Source of the DNA: Nitrospinaceae bacterium
GTDB taxonomy: Bacteria; Nitrospinota; Nitrospinia; Nitrospinales; VA-1
Direction: 5' to 3'
DNA length: 64,000 nt
Assembly (NCBI GenBank): GCA_046754465.1
Contig: JBHHVU010000006.1
Location: forward strand, 1-64,000
The notes beneath the pieces were generated by a model. It made no database searches and was not told where the DNA came from. It saw only the letters and a program-made list of their open reading frames with translations. A program made the translations under genes and the position numbers. Below, piece after piece: positions 56,780 to 64,000 of the stretch. The stretch's first letter is position 1; each line of letters starts with the position of its first letter.

Positions 56780-58744
56780 TCAGGGAGTGTGCCTGGGGAA
56801 TAAGGTATCTTGGGGTGGAGCCATGGTGTCCGCCAGGTTTTTCAGGGCCGATGAGATCTCCACGGAGTAGGGAGGACTATTCTTGAGGGCGCGCAGGTGT
56901 TCCGGCAATCGGCCCAAGTCCCTCGCCGCGCGGTCACGCGCTTCCGCAAGCGGGGGCGCGGGCCGAATTTTTTGGCCCTGGCGCAAACAAGGTTCCAAAA
57001 GCGGCTGCCCCTCGCAAACCTCCTCCTCCAGCGTCACGAGGTCTCCGGTCATTTCCCCCCCGGCGTTGAATTGACGATAAACCTGCTTGCGGCCCGGCAA
57101 ACTGGCCTTGTTTTCCGAAAGTTTCCGCCGCGGGGAACCTGCGTACTCCTGCAACTTGTAGGCGCAGTTGAGCATGGGAGCGTCGGCGGAGGTGGTCAGA
57201 CGCGTCCCGATGCCGAACCCATCGATGGGCGCCTGGTGGGCGCGAAATTCCAGCAATTTCCTTTCATCCAGATCGCCGCTGGCGAAGATTTTTACCCCCG
57301 GCAGTCCCCCGGCATCCAGGAGGCCGCGCACCCGGCAAGCGTGCCCGGCCAGATCGCCGCTGTCGAGTCGCACCCCGCGAATCGTTATTCCGTCTTCACG
57401 CAGCCCGGGTGCGAGGTCCACCAACTTGCGCACCGCCTTTTCGGTGTCATAAGTGTCCAAAAGGAGGATCACATTGCCGGGGTGGGACCGGGCGAAATTT
57501 TCGAAGGCCCGGGTTTCCCCGTCGTGCGCCTGGATGAAGGAATGCGCCATGGTGCCGAAAACGGGAATATTCCACAGAACGCCCGCCTGCACGGTTGCCG
57601 TGCCCGTGAACCCGGCGATGTAGCTCGCCCGGGCGGCGAGCAATCCCGCTTCCGCCCCATGAGCCCGGCGAAACCCAAAATCGATGAGGACCTTTCCCGG
57701 GGCCGCGAGAACACAGCGCGCGGCCTTGCTGGCCACCAGAATCTGGTGCTGTAACAGGTTGATGATCCGGCTTTCCACCAACTGGGCCTGGGGCAGGGGC
57801 GCGGTGACCCGAAGGATCGGTTCGTTGGCAAAAAAAACTGCCCCTTCGGGCAGGGCGTCGACATCGCCGGTAAACCGGAAACCCTCCAGGGACTTCACGA
57901 AGTCCGTTCGTAAATATCCGCAACTTTCCAACCAATCCAGGTCTTGCGCTGGGAACCTTAATGTTTCCAGATATTGCAGGACCTGTTCCAGGCCCGCCGC
58001 AACCAGGAATCCCCGGTCCGGGGGGAGTTCGCGGACAAAGAATTCAAATACCGCGATGTCGTTCATGTTCTGGTCGAAATAGCCCTGCATCATGGTGAGC
58101 TGGTACAGGTCGGTCAACAGGGGGCCGGCGGTTCCCCAGGACGGTTGAAGCTGCTCCAGGGTGCAAGGACGGCTACCCAGGGAGACCATTTCCCCGATGG
58201 CTTTGCAGCCGTCGTCCGGGTGAACGTTGACGGCGCGGACGGCATCTTCGAGAAGGTAGACGGTATACCCGAGTTGGCGGGCGTCTTTCACGGTATTCAG
58301 TACACAATAGTCGGTGGCGAGTCCTCCGATGAACAGCCGGTGAATGCCCCTGCTTTCCAAACGTTCGTGCAGAGGGGTCCCCTGAAATCCGGAATAGGCC
58401 TCCTGGTCGGGTTGGGTTCCCTTGGACACAATTTCCGCGGTGGCGGGAAGGCGGAGCTTCGGGGAAAATTGCGCCCCTGCCGAATCCGCCACACAATGGG
58501 CGGGCCAGAGCCCTCCCTGTTCCCGAAAAGAGCAATGGTTGCCCGGATGCCAGTCCCGGGTGGCGAGGATGGGCAATCCCCGTTCATGGAAAAAGTCGAT
58601 GTAACCATTGAGAACGGGAAGGACCTCATCCCCGCACGGGACCGCAAGAGTCCCGCCGGGCAAAAAGTCGTTTTGCACGTCGACGAGAATCAGCGCGTCA
58701 CCGCTTTTCGGAGAAGGAATTTTTCTTCCATCATCCATTTTCAT
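56780..58744 (-). CDS. pncA-pncB: Nicotinamidase-nicotinate phosphoribosyltransferase fusion (PncA-PncB)
   Basis: The N half has VDVQNDF, DWHP, WPAHCV, YSGF and GLATDYCV. The C half has LLTDLYQLTM, DFGFRRAHG, GTMAHSF and VRLDSGD. Both lie in one uninterrupted frame. Confidence 0.9.
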   Translation of the reverse strand: MKMDDGRKIPSPKSGDALILVDVQNDFLPGGTLAVPCGDEVLPVLNGYIDFFHERGLPILATRDWHPGNHCSFREQGGLWPAHCVADSAGAQFSPKLRLPATAEIVSKGTQPDQEAYSGFQGTPLHERLESRGIHRLFIGGLATDYCVLNTVKDARQLGYTVYLLEDAVRAVNVHPDDGCKAIGEMVSLGSRPCTLEQLQPSWGTAGPLLTDLYQLTMMQGYFDQNMNDIAVFEFFVRELPPDRGFLVAAGLEQVLQYLETLRFPAQDLDWLESCGYLRTDFVKSLEGFRFTGDVDALPEGAVFFANEPILRVTAPLPQAQLVESRIINLLQHQILVASKAARCVLAAPGKVLIDFGFRRAHGAEAGLLAARASYIAGFTGTATVQAGVLWNIPVFGTMAHSFIQAHDGETRAFENFARSHPGNVILLLDTYDTEKAVRKLVDLAPGLREDGITIRGVRLDSGDLAGHACRVRGLLDAGGLPGVKIFASGDLDERKLLEFRAHQAPIDGFGIGTRLTTSADAPMLNCAYKLQEYAGSPRRKLSENKASLPGRKQVYRQFNAGGEMTGDLVTLEEEVCEGQPLLEPCLRQGQKIRPAPPLAEARDRAARDLGRLPEHLRALKNSPPYSVEISSALKNLADTMAPPQDTLFPRHTP

Positions 58745-58895
58745 TGAGGGTGACCGGATGGGTGGTTTTTTTGTTTTGACCGCAATTTCATTATGGCCGC
58801 AAGGGGGGGATGGATCAAGCTAAAGTCGGTGATGGTCGTTGGTCCTTTGAGGACGGGACAAAAGGAAGAAAATGCGTAAGGAGCGAAAAGATAAT

Positions 58896-59876
58896 TTACA
58901 GATCCGGTCCCATCAGGCGTATGAAATCCTTCATGAGCCGGGGATCGAACTCGCTCTGCATATTGTCATTCATGATTTTGAGCGCATCAAAAGGCCCCAG
59001 CGCCTTTTTGTATGGACGCCGCGTGGTCAGGGCATCATAGACGTCCATGAGTTTGCAGACTCTGCCGAACAGGGAAATCTCTTCTTCTGCCAAACCGTCC
59101 GGGTAGCCACCTCCCTTGAATTTTTCATGATGCTCCTTGGCCATCTGAATCACCTTGAAGCCATAACATCCCATGCCATTCAGGATTTCGACGCCCAGGG
59201 AGGTGTGCTCCTGAATCACTTTGAACTCGCCGTCCGTCAGCCTGCCGTTTTTATTTAGGATTTTGAGAGGGATTTTGGATTTCCCCACATCATGGAGCAT
59301 GCCTCCCATCCCCAGTTGTTGCACGTCTTCCTGGCCCATTTTGGTTTTGACCCCAAAGGTCATGCAATAGAGCCCGACGTTCACACTATGAGTATAGGTG
59401 TAATAATCCTTGTTGGTGATTTGGGCGATTCCATAAAAATTCGCCTCGGTTTGGGAAAGGCAATTTTCCATGAGGCTTATGACTTCCTCGGAAGAACGAA
59501 GAATTTTCGTGGAAGCGTTGCGCTGGAAGAACTCCTTCATGATCTCCTTGGAGACCTCGTAAATTTTTTCGGTTTTCTTCTTTAGGGGGATCTGGGGATC
59601 GGCCACCATTTTGCGGAGAGACCGCGTGGCCCGCCCGTAATATTTCACCACATCCTCTTCGCGGATAAAAAATTCCTCCTGGGATTCACCCGAGGCCAGC
59701 AATTCGCGGAACTTGTCCTGATGCGCCGGATCGGAACTAGCAAACTTGACGAACCGCGCCGTCCCGAAGGATTCCGTTTTGTAGTAAATATCAAACGTTT
59801 CCTTCCCGCTTCCCGAAAGGAACTCGAGGTTGATGGGACGAAATTGAGCGTCCTGGGTTTCCAGCGCAGTTTTCAT
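58896..59876 (-). CDS. HD-GYP c-di-GMP phosphodiesterase
   Basis: YTYTHSVNV, LHDVGK, HHEKFKGGGYP, DVYDALTTRRPYK. Confidence 0.93.
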   Translation of the reverse strand: MKTALETQDAQFRPINLEFLSGSGKETFDIYYKTESFGTARFVKFASSDPAHQDKFRELLASGESQEEFFIREEDVVKYYGRATRSLRKMVADPQIPLKKKTEKIYEVSKEIMKEFFQRNASTKILRSSEEVISLMENCLSQTEANFYGIAQITNKDYYTYTHSVNVGLYCMTFGVKTKMGQEDVQQLGMGGMLHDVGKSKIPLKILNKNGRLTDGEFKVIQEHTSLGVEILNGMGCYGFKVIQMAKEHHEKFKGGGYPDGLAEEEISLFGRVCKLMDVYDALTTRRPYKKALGPFDALKIMNDNMQSEFDPRLMKDFIRLMGPDL

Positions 59877-60103
59877 AGGGAACTTCCGGATTAACCAGAG
59901 AATTTATGGGCTGGGTTATAGTTCGAAGGAGACTAAAATCTATAAACCAATTAAAATTCAATAATTTATTTTATCAAATCCGGGGCGCGAAAGGAATTGC
60001 AATTTACATTAATATTTTATGTAATATTTATTATGGATTCTTCCATGAGCTAGGATCGTTGGTTCCACCGGGATGATGGGAACAGAACCGGTGGTCCGCG
60101 GGA

Positions 60104-61960
60104 TCAGGGTTGCGGAAAGGCTTCGCCCGAATGAGCGATCAAATGCACCATGGACCGGGCGCAGCCGAGCAGGTCGGCCAGGGACAGGCTTTCGCCCGGT
60201 TCGTGCATGCGCGCATCCGGATCGTACGCCCCCAGGCAGAGGGGTGGAATGTCGCCCAGGGCGTCCAGCAGTTTGGCCACGAAAGGAATGGACCCGCCGC
60301 ACCCGTACAGGCAGGGTTTTTGCCCGAACCCGGTCTCCAGCGAATCCATCACCACCGTAAAAACGGGATGAACGATCCGCGTCATCCACGGGGACGCGCC
60401 TTTGTCCAGGTGGAGCCTCATGTTGAAGCCTGCCGGTGCGTTAGCCTCGAGGTGGGCCTGTAAATCCGCGGCGGCCTGGTGTTCCTCGTTGCCGGGAGCG
60501 AGGCGGACCTCCACGGTCGCCTTGGCAGTCGGGTCTTCAAAAGGCCGGGCTTTTCCATCGGCTTCCACGAAAAGCGATTGAACCCTCATCGCCGCTTGCC
60601 CGGAAACGGCTTCGGCCCACGGCGCCAGATCGGGATGGAGGGACCCGTCGTCCTCCACGAGACGATCGATCATTCGGGCCAACTGAAGTTCCGGGACCGG
60701 GAAGGGACCGCCATTGATTCCGGAATGAGGATCCTTGGTGGCGGACTGTAAAACGAGATCCAACGCGACGGTCCCGGGTTCAGTGGGAACGGGATGGAGC
60801 GTCAGTTTCAGATTGAAAGGATTGAATTCTTCCAGGATTTTTTCCAGGGCCTGGGTGACGGTTTGGGGATCCCGTGTGGATCGCAAGGTCAGGCGGGCGC
60901 CGGCAACTCCGAAAATGATGCTGCCCGCGACACGATGGCCCGGACGAACGTTGATGAACGATTTCCGAAGCTGGGCCGCAAGCAAGGCCTCCACTTTGGG
61001 AGGCACCGTCAGCCGGGTCCCGGGCAGAAGTCCCGCGGTTTCCCTCAGCAGGTCCACGCCCGTCGGAACGCGGGCGTACCCTTTTTCCTCTTCCGCCGTC
61101 ACCGGCCGGTCCGCCCGGGCGATCGGCTCCACAGCCAGGGAATGGTCTTCGTATATGAGGGTGGCGAGCAGCTTGTAAAGGGCTGTCTGTGCATCCACTT
61201 CATGGGAGGAATTTACGGACGAGGTCAGGGTCACTTCCAATTGGATGATTCCCCGAAGGGAGGTGGTCAGGCCCGGGATCCCCGTGACCGGATTCACCAC
61301 GTCCGTGATCACCACGCAGTCGGTGTCGGCGAAAAAGGCCTGATTTTGCCGGATCTGATCGATCAGGGAGTGCGACCCGCATTCCTCCTCGGTTTCGTAA
61401 ATGACTTTCAGGTTGCAGGGGAGAAGAGACAATCTATCCCGGGAAGGCTGTTTGGGATCGTAGCCGATGGATTTCAAGATGGCGTCGACGGTCATGCCAA
61501 TGGCGATCACCCCACTCAGGTCGTCGGCGGCGCCCCGTCCGTAGGCGCGGGTCCGGTCCGCGTTCCACCTCAGTTCGGTGGGGGGAACGCCGCTCCATTT
61601 TTCGAATTTTTCGTTGTCCATGTAAGGTTGCTTGTCCAGATGGGCGTAAAACAACAGGGTGGGTTTCCGCGGGGACACCCCGATCTCCGCCATCAGAATG
61701 GGGGTGGCCCCGGTGGGCTCGTCCAGGGGCCGGTTGATTTTGATTCCGTCGAAACCGATGGTTTCAAGATACTCCCGGGCGCATTGCAGTATCTCCCGCA
61801 TATCGCTCGGCGATTGCCGGTCCCCTTCGAATTCTCCGACGTTGAAACTCCTGCTGTCGATGCGGACCATTTCTTTCAGCACTTCCAGATGCCATTCGAC
61901 CAAATCGGATCCCGGCTGGATTTTGCCGAGGGCGATGCGGTCCCATTCACTCATGCTCAT
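60104..61960 (-). CDS. M20/M25/M40 family metallopeptidase (CNDP2/Dug1-like), enlarged
   Basis: YAHLDKQP, YGRGAADD, ETEEECGS, GGSIPF, RMHEPGESL. Confidence 0.87.
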   Translation of the reverse strand: MSMSEWDRIALGKIQPGSDLVEWHLEVLKEMVRIDSRSFNVGEFEGDRQSPSDMREILQCAREYLETIGFDGIKINRPLDEPTGATPILMAEIGVSPRKPTLLFYAHLDKQPYMDNEKFEKWSGVPPTELRWNADRTRAYGRGAADDLSGVIAIGMTVDAILKSIGYDPKQPSRDRLSLLPCNLKVIYETEEECGSHSLIDQIRQNQAFFADTDCVVITDVVNPVTGIPGLTTSLRGIIQLEVTLTSSVNSSHEVDAQTALYKLLATLIYEDHSLAVEPIARADRPVTAEEEKGYARVPTGVDLLRETAGLLPGTRLTVPPKVEALLAAQLRKSFINVRPGHRVAGSIIFGVAGARLTLRSTRDPQTVTQALEKILEEFNPFNLKLTLHPVPTEPGTVALDLVLQSATKDPHSGINGGPFPVPELQLARMIDRLVEDDGSLHPDLAPWAEAVSGQAAMRVQSLFVEADGKARPFEDPTAKATVEVRLAPGNEEHQAAADLQAHLEANAPAGFNMRLHLDKGASPWMTRIVHPVFTVVMDSLETGFGQKPCLYGCGGSIPFVAKLLDALGDIPPLCLGAYDPDARMHEPGESLSLADLLGCARSMVHLIAHSGEAFPQP

Positions 61961-62129
61961 TTCTGGATTCTCCGGGTTTCTCGGGTTCCCCGCCGTTATC
62001 GATGCCGGGGCCGTCCGCTTTACTTCTCGCCGCCAAATGATATATTATACGCGCAAGCACGGGCTTGGGTGTTGTGGATGATGCTTCTTTGGCGTTTTCT
62101 TTCTTCTAAATCTCCCGCCTCGATTCCAT

Positions 62130-62402
62130 ATGGTTTGCCGCCTGATCAATCTGTTCACGTTGATTAAAATATTCAGGGAGCGGGGTAACTGGAAACTGAT
62201 CCGGCATTCCCGAAAGCAGCTTTGGGATTTCATTCTATGCCGGAGCGGCATGAATCGGAAATCCTTTTTCCGGGCCATCGCCTATTGGTTTTTTATGTTA
62301 AAAGGGTTGGATGTGCTGGTGTGGCGGCTGGAAACGTTCGGATTCCTTTACGGTCCGGATCTCAGCGAGGAAGATAAGCGGCGAATGAACCGGTACCTGT
62401 AA
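62130..62402 (+). CDS. Hypothetical protein (90 aa)
   Basis: ORF fills the intergenic gap and is co-oriented with the downstream gene. No recognisable motif. Confidence 0.4.
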   Translation: MVCRLINLFTLIKIFRERGNWKLIRHSRKQLWDFILCRSGMNRKSFFRAIAYWFFMLKGLDVLVWRLETFGFLYGPDLSEEDKRRMNRYL

Positions 62403-62533
62403 TTCCTCCGGGGTTCACTGCCGGCCAGGTTTGCCCTCGGCCCGCGTACTTTTTACAAACTCCGGCACCCTTCTTTTTTCCTTCCCGAAGGTGCCGGGAT
62501 TTCCCTTTCCCGGAATGCGGCTGTTTGGCGTCC

Positions 62534-64000
62534 ATGGGCAGTGGAGAAAATGGTATCTGTTTGGAGCATGCGAGATCCTTGGCCGGGTTGCTGAATAACA
62601 GAACGTTCCTTATTTCGTTTCTCCTCTTTTCGTCGGTGTTGATTTTCCTGGGCCGGCAACTGGATGTCGGGCTTCCCAATTTCGACGACGCTTATTACGC
62701 CCAGAAAGCCAAGGAGATGCTCGCCTCCGGGAACCTATGGGTGGTGACCCACCACGGCGTTCCCGACTTCGCCAATCCCCCATTCCCCTTCTGGATGACG
62801 GCCCTGGCGTTCTGGCTCTTCGGGGTATCGGGATATGCGGCGGTATTCTTTTCCGCGCTGTTTGGGGTGGGTACCGTTTACCTGACCTACCTCCTGTGCC
62901 TTCACCTCTTCAAGGACCCGTGGACCGCTTTTTTCTCCGCATTCGTTTTGCTTTTCCCCGGCATGTTCGCCGATTCGGCCCGGCGGGCCATGGTCGATAT
63001 CACTCTGGCGTTCTGCGTGACCGCGGCGATGTTTTTTTTCGTCAAGGCGCAGGAGAACAGAAGGTTTTACCTCCTGTACGGGATCATGACCGCCCTGGGA
63101 ATTCTTACCAAAAGCATCCTTGGATTGTTTCCGCTTATGATCGGTTTCGCGGTCCTGCTATGGACCCGGAACTGGAAGGAACTGTTCAATACCACGCTTT
63201 GGGCCGGGGTGAGCATTGCCCTGATTTTCGGGTTCAGTTGGCATGGGGTGAACTGGTTCGTGCTCGGGGACGATTTTCTCAAAACGCATTTCGGAGTTCT
63301 TCTTTTCAACCGGGGATTTTCCGGGACCGGCGGCTCCTTCTATTTTCTCGGGTATGCCCGCGACTTCGCAAAAAATTACTGGCCCTGGCTTCCCTTCGCG
63401 GTGGTGGGACTCGTCAAGTTCGGAAAACGCGCCTTCGTTGAAAAGGATTTCAGTTCCCTGCTGGTGCTGACCTGGATCGCAGTGGTCTTCCTGGTGATGA
63501 GCACCAGCAAGAACCAGACCCTCCGTTACCTCTTCATGATTTTTCCCGCGCTGGCCATTGTCACCGCCAAGACCATCGCCGATGGGCTCCAGGAAAAGAC
63601 CCGGGAGCGATGGACCCCCTACGCGCTGGGTCTCATTCTGGTGGCGGTTTTGTTCGTCAATGTCACCCCTTTCCAGGTGAAGGTGATGCTGTCCCCGAAC
63701 AGCGTGGAGGTCAGGCAACTGGCGGCGGTGATCCATTTGAATACGCCCCGGGACCAGAGGGTGGGCAATTACCGGCTGTCCATGTATAACCCGCGGCAGG
63801 CTCTCCTGTTTTATTCCGAAAGGTACCTCGATGACCCGGTCGGCGATCCCTCGGTCCTGCTCGAACAGATGAAGAAGCGTCCCGGCTCCACCTGGTTGAC
63901 GCCCGTTAGCGAATTCAACAGGCTGAAGCAAGCCTACTCCGGAAAGTTTTACCTGATCCAGGCCAACGGAAGATACGCATATTTTACTTCCGCCGGGAAC
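62534..64000 (+). CDS. ArnT/GT39 (PMT_2) family membrane glycosyltransferase (3' end runs off the window)
   Basis: Not in the ORF track; translated by hand: FDDAYYAQKAKEMLASGNLWVVTHHGVPDFANPPFPFWMTALAFWLFG. Many TM segments; the same frame is open at 64000. Start uncertain. Confidence 0.85.
   Translation, partial: MGSGENGICLEHARSLAGLLNNRTFLISFLLFSSVLIFLGRQLDVGLPNFDDAYYAQKAKEMLASGNLWVVTHHGVPDFANPPFPFWMTALAFWLFGVSGYAAVFFSALFGVGTVYLTYLLCLHLFKDPWTAFFSAFVLLFPGMFADSARRAMVDITLAFCVTAAMFFFVKAQENRRFYLLYGIMTALGILTKSILGLFPLMIGFAVLLWTRNWKELFNTTLWAGVSIALIFGFSWHGVNWFVLGDDFLKTHFGVLLFNRGFSGTGGSFYFLGYARDFAKNYWPWLPFAVVGLVKFGKRAFVEKDFSSLLVLTWIAVVFLVMSTSKNQTLRYLFMIFPALAIVTAKTIADGLQEKTRERWTPYALGLILVAVLFVNVTPFQVKVMLSPNSVEVRQLAAVIHLNTPRDQRVGNYRLSMYNPRQALLFYSERYLDDPVGDPSVLLEQMKKRPGSTWLTPVSEFNRLKQAYSGKFYLIQANGRYAYFTSAGN

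Noticed and set aside
56780..58744. Functional link between the PncA-PncB fusion and the NAD+-consuming RES toxin
   Set aside because: The genes are over 30 kb apart, differ in composition and share no visible regulatory motif.
62737..63931. Track ORFs 62737..63441, 63067..63309 and 63158..63931
   Set aside because: They are alternative-frame or antisense shadows of the ArnT-like gene that runs off the window end.

Overview
This is a gene-dense, GC-rich bacterial chromosomal window. The gene style suggests a Nitrospinota or deltaproteobacteria-like lineage, but that is inference only. Left to right it holds: a partial GT2 glycosyltransferase; a SprA-related HExxH protein behind a near-perfect sigma-28 promoter; and a Pho locus (phoBR, OprO/P-type porin, pstSCAB, phoU) with three phased Pho-box arrays. 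The Pho locus is split by a ModE-boxed modABC module flanked by a 52-bp direct repeat. Next come a Cys-rich exported protein, an FGE-domain/msrP/DUF1566 cluster with no msrQ, ybbP-ybbA/tesA, a TrpD/YbiB-like gene, and an AT-rich three-gene islet (unknown, Xre/MbcA antitoxin, RES toxin). These are followed by a radical SAM enzyme, two histidine kinases, a CDP-alcohol phosphotransferase and a LON N-domain gene. Then come a tightly coupled operon (circularly permuted ATP-grasp ligase, glutaredoxin, lysine 2,3-aminomutase), an orphan secretin/ExeA/TPR trio and DUF502. The flagellar block (AMIN-TPR, fleSR, flgC, fliFGHIJ, MotE-like; flgB and fliE absent) has two matching sigma-54 promoters, each with a FleQ-type enhancer box. 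The window ends with GGDEF/HDOD/HD-GYP genes, a PncA-PncB fusion, an enlarged M20 peptidase and a partial ArnT-like glycosyltransferase. I saw no rRNA, tRNA, CRISPR array, integrase or transposase. The best candidates for an undescribed system are the ATP-grasp/Grx/KamA operon and the three-gene RES-Xre islet. All family calls come from motif recognition by eye, not database searches.
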